Part shown: one piece after another, positions 12,835 to 23,354 of the stretch | Layout of the letters: each line of letters begins with the position of its first letter | Numbering within the stretch: position 1 is the stretch's first letter | Assembly: GCA_051294905.1 (NCBI GenBank) | Contig: CM119373.1 | Location: 5,146,001-5,210,000 of the forward strand | Length of the DNA stretch: 64,000 nucleotides | Direction of reading: 5' to 3' | Source: Botryllus schlosseri | Taxonomy: Eukaryota | The notes under the pieces: model-generated | Database searches by the model: none | The model's input: the letters and a program-made list of their open reading frames with translations, nothing else | What the model was told of the DNA's origin: nothing | Made by a program: the position numbers and the translations under genes

Positions 12835-14056
12835 GTAATTTTTTTCTAGAAGTCGGCGGCGTTTATGACCCTTAAGACATTTGCTACAGCTTTAATATTT
12901 GGCACGATTAAGGTGCTATACAAGCTTCGTCTAGGGATATCGTGAACATTTACTGCAAATGTTGTTTTCCGGAACTGCACTCATCGAAACACGAGAGGTT
13001 TTTGCGATTTCGTGGCAATTCTCATAGACGCGATTCGCCAAAATGTGGTAATTTTTTCCAGAAGTCGGCGGCGTTTATGACCCTTAAGACATTTGCTACA
13101 GCTTTAATATTTGGCACGATTAAGGTGCTATACAAGCTTCGTCTAGGGATATCGTGAACATTTACTGCAAATGTTGTTTTCCGGAACTGCACTCATCGAA
13201 ACACGAGAGGTTTTTGCGATTTCGTGGCAATTCTCATGGACGCGATTCGCCAAAATGTGGTAATTTTTTCCAGAAGTCGGCGGCGTTTATGACCCTTAAG
13301 ACATTTGCTACAGCTTTAATATTTGGCACGATTAAGGTGCTATACAAGCTTCGTCTAGGGATATCGTGAACATTTACTGCAAATGTTGTTTTCCGGAACT
13401 GCACTCATCGAAACACGAGAGGTTTTTGCGATTTCGTGGCAATTCTCATGGACGCGATTCGCCAAAATGTGGTAATTTTTTCCAGAAGTCGGCGGCGTTT
13501 ATGACCCTTAAGACATTTGCTACAGCTTTAATATTTGGCACGATTAAGGTGCTATACAAGCTTCGTCTAGGGATATCGTGAACATTTACTGCAAATGTTG
13601 TTTTCCGGAACTGCACTCATCGAAACACGAGAGGTTTTTGCGATTTCGTGGCAATTCTCATAGACGCGATTCGCCAAAATGTGGTAATTTTTTCCAGAAG
13701 TCGGCGGCGTTTTTGACCCTTAAGACATTTGCTACAGCTTTAATATTTGGCACGATTAAGGTGCTATACAAGCTTCGTCTAGGGATATCGTGAACATTTA
13801 CTGCAAATGTTGTTTTCCGGAACTGCGCTCATCGAAACACGAGAGGTTTTTGCGATTTCGTGGCAATTCTCATAGACGCGATTCGCCAAAATGTGGTAAT
13901 TTTTTCCAGAAGTCGGCGGCGTTTATGACCCTTAAGACATTTGCTACAGCTTTAATATTTGGCACGATTAAGGTGCTATACAAGCTTCGTCTAGGGATAT
14001 CGTGTACATTTACTGCAAATGTTGTTTTCCGGAACTGCGCTCATCGAAACACGAGA
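12835..14056 (+). repeat. 212-bp tandem array in right arm (~5.7 units), reverse complement of left array
   Basis: Equivalent positions at 12942, 13154, 13366, 13578, 13790, 14002. Confidence 0.97.
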
Positions 14057-15458
14057 GCTTCTCGCGTATTTGGTTGAAATATTGCAAGTGCTAATTCATG
14101 GTTATCTATTTTGGACACGTTTTTGGCGACGGATCTACATAAAATTTGGTATGGACAGAGTTCTATCTACGTTCTATCATATGTCAGTGTCCAAATCCGG
14201 ATAAGCTATCCGGATACGCCATTGTTTCATCATGATGATGATACCATCGTTCATGTTGTCACATTTCAGATTTAGTGGTTACCCTTCGATTTGTGTGATA
14301 GAATTTTGTGTGATAACTTCACTCTGGTCTACACGCGGCCTATACCCGCGAAAGTTACTATACATAGTATACACATTACACAATTAGCAGTGACGTTGTC
14401 ACACAAAATTTTATTACACAAATCAAAGGGTACCTACTGAATCTAACATGCGACAACATGAACGGTGGTATCTTCAAAATAATGTAACAATGGCGTATCC
14501 GGATTTGGACACTGACATATGATAGAGCGTAGATATAACTCTGCCCAAATTTTACGTAGATCCGTCGCCAAAAACGTGTCCAAAATAGATAACTATGAAT
14601 TAGCGTTTGTAATAATTGATCCAAATACGCGAAAAGCTCTGGTGATTCGATGAGCGCAGTTCCGGAAAACAGCATTTGTAATGAATGTCCACGATATCCC
14701 TAGACGTAGCTTGTATAGCAACTTACATGTGTCATATATAAGAGCTATTTCTGGAAAAAATTGATACATTTTGGCGAATTGCGTCTGAGGATTGCAACGA
14801 AATCGCAAAAAACTCCCGTGTTTCGATGAGTTCAGGAAAAAAATATTTGCAGTAAATGTCCACGATATCTCTAGACGTAGCTTGTATAGCACCTTACATG
14901 TGCCAAATATTAAAGCTATCTAGCAAATGTCTTTCAGCTCCAAATCAACGATCACTTACAGAAAAAACATTACTACACATATTGACGGACCACTACCAAA
15001 TCGCGAACACTCACATCGATATTTAACCAGCTGTTCAGGTTGAAATTGCTGCAGTAGGCGTACCGCAGAGCCGTTACCAGTGAAAGAAATGAACAGGCGC
15101 CTACCGAAGAGCCGTTACCAGTGAAAGAAATGAACGAGTTTTCGCACGAAGGAGTCGGACTGCATGGCAAAGAAATACTGAGGATTCCTGGCGGGCGCGC
15201 CAGGAATCCTATCTCCAGACCCACCCGATGTAAAACATGACCCTTCGCTATCCTCCATCCTATCCTGGATATGACATTGCAGTGCAATAATAAAATCTCA
15301 CAAGACATAAGGAAGACACAGACGTTTATTGCTTTCTCAGACATAAAATAAATGTTGTTGTTCTCATCATCTCCATTTACTTTGAAGTAATACAATGTCA
15401 TCTCCATTTACTGTGAAGTAATACAATGTATCATATCAGTGAATGTGTACATATAGCA

Positions 15459-17112
15459 CAGGGTTGTCAGATTGGCCCTTTCGGGGCCAAATTAGTGAAA
15501 TTTGGCCCTTTTTAGAGGCAGTTGGCCCCAAAATAATAATTTGGCCCCTTGGCCCTTTAGTTTCAATTTTTGGCCCTTTTTGGAAGCAGTTGAGACATAC
15601 CGTCTAAGTATTCAAATACATCTATCTCGCAAATTGAGCTGACAGTGTTACTTAATGCCAATGTCAAAGATTCGAGTGGAAACACTGTAGAACAGGGGTG
15701 TCAAAGATCCGGCCCACCAAGCAATTCTGAGTAGATTGAACAAATCTTATATTTTTCAGCACATCATTTGCAGCAAATATTGAGATTTTTTGCAGGATAA
15801 ACGTCCTTGTTCACAGGGTCCATTATAACCACCCAACTACGGTGCCGTGGTTTCACTCTAGTTACCGCTATAGTGATATGTCGGTGAAATTGATATCCAA
15901 TTTCAAGAAGACAAAAAGTGAACACTAAATTCAAAGTTATTTACACAAGCTAAAACGCCAATGCGGAACCTTTATATGCAGTTTACGTGGAGAAAATATT
16001 AGTTGCACAAATGCATTATAAAAATATCTGCAGTCGCACTGCCGTGTCACTTTCGACTAGGGCTGGGCAAAATCGAGTACCTGAGTGATTCGATTCTGAA
16101 TCACGAAATATGCTTCGAGTCGAGTAATCGAGTATCACTCATTATGACGTCATAACAGAATGTAATACGCCAAATATCAAATATGTATCGTTTATACGTC
16201 ACCACAAAGAGTATAATGCCTGTTATCCATCTCATAATACACACTTGGCTATTTTTTCGACCATACCGATTTCATTCCTCTTGGTGATAATCTTGTGGGA
16301 CAATCATGACTTCGGAAATGTGTTACGTCCTGCAACCTTCGTATATAGATTCGTACCATATGTTTCGTATGCTACGATACCGCCAATCGAGGTTTCGATG
16401 CTTGACAGTGAAAATTAGTTCCGAAACTATATAACTGTCGTTAATAAATTACCTTTCAATGGGGAGAACCCTATAATTTCAGTACTCGAGAAAAATCGTA
16501 TTTTACTACTCGACTCGAATCATTAAAATTAATACTCGATTCAGATTCGAGTACTCGAGTCATTGTGCACAGCCCTACTTTGTTTTTGTAGAATGTAGAC
16601 TGTGTTGGAATTGTAAATACAGATTTGTGAACAGTGGACGAAAAAGCATCGAACATGGCTGGAAGCTATGTAGCCTTATATTGCTTATAGTACTTGATGA
16701 TTGATAGAAATTTCAGAGAAAAAAATTCAACATAACCGTAGAGTTTTTTGGTGAAAAACCTAAAAATTAGGGTTATAAGTTGGATAAGTTTCAAATGTAA
16801 AGAAACTATTCTCTCAATGTTTAATTAAAATTCATAAAATCTAATCGCTCTCATATTATAGCACAAAAAGTTTAATTTTACGATTTTATATTCAGTCGGA
16901 AGAGGCTTGAAATAATGAAGCAGTTATTGTAGTTGGATCCAGTGTAGTTGCAGGTAGTGGATTTGGTGTCCTACAACACTATCAACAATATAAAACTGGA
17001 TTTCCAGGTGTCTATGGGTAATGTTGCAACGTTATTGAACAATTTGGCCCTTTTTTGGCCCCTTTTCCGGCGCTGTTTGGCCCTTTTTCGCAAAAGATGT
17101 CTGGCAACCCTG
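15459..17112. mobile_element. Non-autonomous hAT element
   Basis: TIRs CAGGGTTGTCAG / CTGGCAACCCTG; TSD ATATAGCA at 15451-15458 and 17113-17120; GGCCC(C)TT subterminal repeats. Confidence 0.9.
16058..16577. mobile_element. Second, diverged copy of the 3716-4247 MITE nested in the 15459-17112 element
   Basis: Same TAGGGCTGGGCAAAATCGAGTACC start and ...CAGCCCTA end; TSD degenerate (CTTTCGAC / CTTTGTTT). Confidence 0.85.
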
Positions 17113-18929
17113 ATATAGCACAGTCTGCCTTCGCAGGAAAGCAGAAGCACACATATAAATTACTGAAACACCGGTCTCTGTTAAGGCAATATGCTCGTAA
17201 TAGGAGCATATGAAATCGCTAAGCAGTGGCATAATATAATATATCAATGCAGTATTCCAACTGTACATGTATGTACAAGGCTGTGACACCAAACATCATA
17301 AACAGGGGCATAGAATGGTTGAAAGCAAAGCCGCAATAGATTTTAAAGAGCAGAACATTTGAACTCAGCAACAATAACTTTCAGAGAGCTAACAAAAGAC
17401 ATATGTTATCATGCAACTCAATATACACACGATTCAAGTTCAGCACAAAAGTCTCAACACAGGTAGTGGATAAAGAATATAATAACAATATTAATGAGGG
17501 TGAATCGATACAACTTTGGTTATTTGCACCGAAGCATTGACTAAGTTGAGTTTATTAGCAATTTTCAATACTCCACAAAATTTGGGTTACAATGAAAAGA
17601 TAGGTAGGTATAGTAGTAAAGCAGCGGCTCCCAAATTTTTTGTACTCGCTCCCTTAGATGCTCGTGAAATTTTTCGTGCCCATTAGCCTACCGTTGTGTA
17701 GTCGAAATGACTAGAGTCAACATTTTCAGACAGTCGGTATTGACTATTATCCGCTACGGCCGGAATTCGAGCAAGTCTTCAACATAAATTGTGGTGACCC
17801 CCATCAAAAGTTGGATTGACTTGTCCCTCGGGTCTTGGTTACAACCTTGCGAATGCCAATCGGGAATCTACGAATATTTGTTGTTCTACTGGGTTCGGAC
17901 ATGTATTGGAAAAGTCGCATACAATCACGCAGCCCACCACTGAGGTATCTGGTCCGTTTCGATGCCGTAGCTACACTCTGCTAGTTATGGTCCTGATGAT
18001 ACTCTTAGACACTCTATTCCACCGGGATATTACGGAAAAGACGGACGTTGAGGCCAAATAAACACAGAAAAACCCATACCCTATATTTCACTCATATTGT
18101 GTTGGAGTGATATGCATCTTGGTCTAGCACTGTCTGCGTGCAGATTATAAGAGCATCATGACCGAGGTGATCGAAGTGAAAGTGCCGATTTCGAGAATGT
18201 TCCGATGTATTCGGTTAAAGCACCTTGAATTTCAACAATGCATACCAAACGTATTATTAGTCAGAAACATGGTTTATTTTGTTCAAGTGCATTTTCAACG
18301 TAGCCTAAATCTAAACACGTACTAGATGTCGACATTTGAATCTGGAGGCTAGCAGCGTCTATCACGTTCGGAAAGTGGAGCGGTGGGTAAGCCAGTCATT
18401 CAAGTCATAAATCCTTTTAATTGCAACACAACGTTTCCATTGACTTTCCCTAAAGTTTTGATAAAAACCCAGAGTTCCATGTATGTTCCGGACCACAATT
18501 GTGGAACAGCATCTCGACAGCTATCCGACAGTCGTCGAGCATGTCCGCATTCAAGTCGAATCACAAGCAATGTTCCTGTGAGCTGCGCACGTGCACGGTG
18601 CTGAGACGGTCTCTGCGCACTAAAAATCGAAACTGATGATGTGTTGTCCAAGGGTCTGTGCAGTAAGTTGGTGAGTGTGCGCAGGCTGATTACAATCAAT
18701 TTGGAGTTTTTGGGTTGCTAGTTTCTTTAACTTAAAATTATCTCAATACCGCACGCTGATGACATCACATACTCACAAACTTCCAATAAAAAAAAAGAAC
18801 CAATTTGCAGAATGAAGCAGTGGAACGAAATGTTATTAAAATCAAAACAATGATATTTTTAAAATTCAATGGCAGGTATATAACGTTCAGGTTGCGTACG
18901 ACGTCTCCCGCTGCGCCTTGGAGAATGCA

Positions 18930-19168
18930 GTGCCTGATTGGCCACAGGCCGTGTAGCTGATGCCTGACTGGCCAGAGGCCCTGCACTTGCCGCCTGATTG
19001 GCCACAGGCCCTGCAACTGTCGGTTGATTGGCCACAGGCCCTGCAACTGTCGGTTGATTGGTCACAGGCCCTGCAACTGTCGGTTGATTGGCCACAGGCC
19101 CTGCAACTGTCGGTTGATTGGCCACAGGCCCTGTAGTTGCCGCCTGATTCGCCACAGGCCCTGCAGAT
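18930..19168 (-). repeat. 30-bp minisatellite (GGCCACAGGCCCTGCAACTGTCGGTTGATT), ~8 units, in a coding-like segment
   Basis: Directly visible; minus frames read (AGPVANQPTV)n or (CRACGQSTDS)n. Confidence 0.9.
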
Positions 19169-19322
19169 GACAAAGCCATTGATGTAGGTGTCTGCACGCC
19201 AACACTTTGGGTTGATTGCAGAAATGCCATCCGCATTCATAATATAATCGTTTACAACCACAGAAGTCGCCGCCTCTCCTGGTACTATTTTTAAGACACC
19301 ATCTGTCACGCGGCGATCCAGC

Positions 19323-19537
19323 CGAACTTTGAACTTAAACTTGTTGTGTCCGTAATCCACTCCGATTGTAATCCACTCCGATTGTAATCCACTCCGATTC
19401 TTCCTTGAGGTCTGAACAGAAAATTGATATATGCATTCCGAACTTTGAACTTAAACTTGTTGTGTCCGTAATCCACTCCGATTGTAATCCACTCCGATTC
19501 TTCCTTGAGGTCTGAACAGAAAATTGATATATGCATT
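19323..19537. repeat. ~100-115-bp tandem duplication containing 16-bp GTAATCCACTCCGATT sub-repeats
   Basis: Two copies (19323-19437 with three 16-mers; 19439-19537 with two), each ending in a minus-strand acceptor-like TTTTCTGTTCAG. Confidence 0.85.
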
Positions 19538-19913
19538 AAGGCATAATCATTTCTGTTACAATTAACATTACTTGTACTATTACACAAGAAATTTTACATA
19601 TTTCAGCAACAAGAATTGACATTTTATATTGAGAAATACGATAGCAGCCAGTTTATTCAATATATCAATCAGATAGCACTGCCCCATCCCAATATCAGCG
19701 AGAAATATTTAGAATGCCAGATTTTGACACAGCCAGCCAATTTGAAATTATACCAGTGACGAATAGCCGGCTATTTCATTGCCAATTGCAGTAATAAAAA
19801 ATTCTATTATGAAACTGTTTGCAAGATAAAGAAATGATGAATATTATGTGCAAAACATATTGACTATGATGATCATAAATTACTTTTAACAATGTCAATA
19901 AAATTAACAATGT

Positions 19914-20307
19914 TGTCCCGTGGGACTGCGAAAGCAATTGTACACAGGATTGAAACGGCTCAGCTTTAGCCGGACTAGAGTACCGGTGCGAGTAATGACG
20001 GACTTCGAGTATCTTCAACTGACTGCTATAAGTCCAGACTACAGACACAATAATATCCCCGTCACGATGTATTGTAGAATCAAGGTCAATCAGTCTGGTC
20101 CAATAACACACCGTTAAAAAATACGCTGGCAATACTCTGAGAAATTACAATAATGTCAATTAGCATGCAAGATCAATAAGAACACCCTGTTAACTGTGCG
20201 ACGTTCTCAGACAAAAGAATGACCACGTGCGCTCAATGCCTGGCCTCGTTCTGTGAGGTAGCCATGTGTAACGAACCGTAGAATACGAGCCGAAAACCAC
20301 CTTGACA
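19914..20307 (-). repeat. 3' LTR (394 bp, TG...CA on minus)
   Basis: Minus strand begins TGTCAAGG (20307) and ends CCCACGGGACA (19914); matches 27172-27528. Confidence 0.93.
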
Positions 20308-20318
20308 TAGCCGCCCCT
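20308..20318 (-). promoter_or_regulatory. Polypurine tract (AGGGGCGGCTA) preceding the 3' LTR
   Basis: Purine-rich tract abutting the TGT start of the 3' LTR on minus. Confidence 0.75.
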
Positions 20319-20562
20319 GTGACGAAACGTAACTGCCAAAGGCGGTTATCGGTGAGCCACAAAAAAAATATATAAAGGAATGGTGGCTTTTGGGTTATGA
20401 CGACAATGAGGGAGTGAAAAAATATGCAAAACAAAAGCAATTGTACAGAACGCTGATACAGTGTCAGTAAGCGAAGTCAATGTAAAAAAAAAATGCACAA
20501 CATTGGCAACTGGGGTGCGAAATTGGCAAGATGCAAAGAGCATGCAATGAAGGGAGTCAAAA

Positions 20563-21669
20563 TCATTCAAGCTCAAGACGACACAAATTGCGGATGTCGC
20601 GACTATAAGTACCAGTGGGAGTACGCACAGTAACTTTTGGAACCAACCCGTGGCCATCCGGAAATGTTTGTTCAACTATGGCTTTCGGCCATTTACCACG
20701 GGGTGCAGAGGAATCAGACATCAGAACGATATCCCCTACTTTGAAATTGGGCGTTTTATCGAGCCACTTCGAACGAGATTGCAACAAGGGTGGGTACTCT
20801 TTCAACCACTTCTCCCAAAAGAGATCGAGTTTACGCTGGACATAGCGCCAATTTTTTGCATAATCATCAGCTTTAGAGAACTTGTGAGTCGGGACAGAAG
20901 TGTCAAGACTCCCCAGAATGATAGAGTTAGGAGTCAGACATGGCAAGTCATTTGGGTCGCTCGAAATGGGCGTCAGGGGCCTATCGTTCAAAATGCGAGC
21001 GACTCCATAAAACAACGCAGATAAAGTATTATCCTGAAAGGCCGCGCCATTATTGAAAGCGCAAAGAGTACGTTTACACAAAGCAACGACACGTTCAACA
21101 CATCCATTGAAATGCGGTGCAAGACTGGGCGAGAAATGCCATTGTATACCCCTGTCCGCTAGGGAGGAGGTAACCTGTTTAGAGTTTAAATTTCCCAGCG
21201 CCTTAGCTAGCTCTTTTTGAGCACCTACGAAAGTCGTGCCATTATCACTGAACATGTGTGAGGTCCTATTCCGAATATCACAGAACTTGAAAAATGCCAT
21301 CAAAAAGGCTGAAGTTTCAAGTGAATCTACTACTTCCAAATGGACGGCTCGAGTACATAAACAGGTAAATACGCAACCATAGCGTTCAAGCTCAGTACGT
21401 TTGCGTTTGCAGCTCAAAGGACCAAAATAGTCAACCATTGTATAATGGAAGACAGTCTTGTGTGGTGTAAGACGGTAACGCGGGAGGTCCGCCATGTATT
21501 GGGAGCCTAGGTTAGCCCGGCTGCATTGGCAGAACACACATTTATTTAGGACTTTGCGAATGGAAGTTTGTCCTTTCATGAACCAAAATTTTTCACGGAG
21601 TAGGGACAGAACTTGTAGGGTGCCACAATGACCATTAGCCACATGGTATTGAAATCGATTGAGTAACAT
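20563..21669 (-). pseudogene. pol: Bel/Pao integrase region
   Basis: HHCC (YHVANGH...CVFC), DDE: VDYFGP, SDNGTTF, CVERVV; tail W..EY...LQ.RSKW...GDIVL...PRGKWP. Confidence 0.95.
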
Positions 21670-21887
21670 GGTGACTAGACGGTAAAATCATGGGATTTTT
21701 TGCGTCATCGGGTAGCTGTGAGCGGTTCAGACGACCCTCGACACGCATGACGCCATCAGATACATAAGGTAGCAACTTTGCCAATGAATTGGGAACATGC
21801 TCTTTGTTAACGAGAACATGGTCGGCGCGCGCGTTGTCACGAAGCGATTCGACAGCACCAGGAAACGACTCGGCTTGTACGAGTCTG

Positions 21888-21978
21888 ACAACTTCCCTCG
21901 TCGCTTCCTCAAGCTCCTCAACGGTGAGGAAGCGACAACTTCCCTCGTCGCTTCCTCAAGCTCCTCAACGGTGAGGAA
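21888..21978. repeat. 47-bp tandem duplication breaking the RNase H-integrase linker frame
   Basis: ACAACTTCCCTCGTCGCTTCCTCAAGCTCCTCAACGGTGAGGAA at 21888 and 21935; 47 is not a multiple of 3. Confidence 0.9.
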
Positions 21979-22026
21979 ACCAGAGCGTGGTTCGAGGAGC
22001 GGATCCGTTGGAGAGCCTTTTATCTT

Positions 22027-22668
22027 TCAGCGCATCATAGAACGGAGCCGAAGAATCCAAGCGGTCGAGCGAACGAGACTTGTAAATGATGAGAAACTGC
22101 GCAAGTAGTCCCTGAACGACACTTCTGTCGGCGACACGTCAGTCGAAAACACTGGTTCCGTTAGCGTGACGGGTTGGTGTGCATTTTCATGGCTAGACCT
22201 CGATTCGAAGGACTGGCGTAGGAAGTCGGGACCTTCGAACCACATTTTTGCGCGTTGCCACTGTTGAGGCATCAGCCCACGCGATCCAATATCAGCCGGG
22301 TTATTTGCCGAGTCGATGTGGCACCATTGGTCGGTACAAGACAGAGCGCGAATCTTAAGCAGTCTTTGATGTACGAAGGTGTTGAAACGAGCCGAAGTAC
22401 TCCGAATGCTTTGGAGTACAGCGGTACTGTCGGTCCAGTAGTGGACGGAGTCGATCTTGTAGTCGACGTCTTTTATGACGTCTCTGGCAAGTTTGGTGCA
22501 GGTTACAGCAGCCGTGAGTTCTAGTCTGGGAATGCTTGGGGCATTCTTTGGCACGACTCTGGAGAAAGAGACGTGAACCTGTCCATCAGGATCCTCAAAA
22601 CGGAGGTAACAACAGGCAGAATAACCATGTGTGCTGGCATCAGCAAATGCATGGAGCTGAATATTCAC
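22027..22668 (-). pseudogene. pol: Bel/Pao RNase H region
   Basis: LHAFADAS, IPRLELTAA, WTDSTAVL, NPADIGSRG. Confidence 0.93.
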
Positions 22669-22844
22669 TGGCGAGAAACCAGGCGGCTTGTAGTATCTCG
22701 GAAATGATAGTTTTTCGAGTTCTGGGAGTGAGTCGACCCATTGTTTCCATTTTGCTTTGAAACTGTCGTCAATCGGTGTGTCCCAATCCAGGTCGTCACG
22801 AGATATTTCCTGCAGGAGCAGTCTTGCCGGTAACAGGAACGGGC

Positions 22845-23312
22845 TTAGATATCCGAAATTCCGAAAGGAGTGTAGATCTGAGCGATCTGGCTGGCGATGC
22901 CTCTTCGAGTAAAAGGCTTAGGTTTGATGTTAGTACGGGTCCAAAGTGAGTCCTCATTCATGTTCCAGATAACTCCCAACGTATGTTCTTTACCGGAGTT
23001 CGTGAAGTCGAGATCCACCAGGCTGGCAGCACGGGCGTCTTCGGGAATCCGCGACATGATCTCGGTCCTGCCGCTAGCAAATTTAGTAAGATTGAAACCG
23101 TAGTGAGCGAAAAGCGTTCGCAGCTCTTCGATGACTTTTATCGAAATTCCAAGGTCGTCTGAGGAATGAAGTATGTCGTCGACATATGTGTTACGTAAGA
23201 TACAGTCAAGCGTAGGCTTGTCGGCACTGGTGCCGTTCAAAAAAACGATCTGACGAAGACAGAACTGAGCAATGCATGGTGAAGACGTGCTTCCGAAGAC
23301 ATGAGACGTCAT
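22845..23312 (-). pseudogene. pol: Bel/Pao reverse transcriptase, C-terminal half
   Basis: HVFGSTSSPCIA, NTYVDD, FNLTKF, LGVIW, IYTPFG. Confidence 0.93.
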
Positions 23313-23354
23313 CTGGTAATCGATCGCTTTTCCATCTAGTCTGCTGTCTTCAAA

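Larger units (their letters stand above)
2249..14328. mobile_element. Foldback-type DNA transposon (Mutator/MULE-like) with long inverted arms and Ulp1-PHD cargo
   Basis: Starts ACCAGAGTGAAGTTATCACAC, ends GTGTGATAACTTCACTCTGGT; exact 9-bp direct repeat CTACACGCG at 2240-2248 and 14329-14337; arms ~2249-6350 and ~11850-14328 are inverted copies. 9-bp TSD plus long repeat-rich TIRs is the established Mutator/Foldback signature. No intact transposase seen. Confidence 0.85.
14383..17520. mobile_element. Older, diverged arm of the same foldback family (left-arm orientation), interrupted by a hAT element
   Basis: 14383-15450 aligns to 2249-5130 but with only ~1.7 degenerate 212-bp units; 17120-17520 aligns to ~5135-5600. 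Confidence 0.85.

Noticed and set aside
2500-14077. Repeated 71-aa ORFs (MNIYCKCCFPEL...) with overlapping stop/start in the 212-bp arrays
   Set aside because: By-product of the tandem unit: GTG starts, no recognisable domain, and not preserved in the older 1.7-unit copy.
2249-14328. Polinton/Maverick or linear viral genome with ITRs
   Set aside because: TSD is 9 bp rather than 6; termini are not AG..CT; no pPolB, integrase, ATPase or capsid ORFs.
17740-18700. Short ORFs that might be retroelement protease or exon remnants (e.g. VLLGSDMYW)
   Set aside because: Only isolated motif-like words; no collinear domain evidence.
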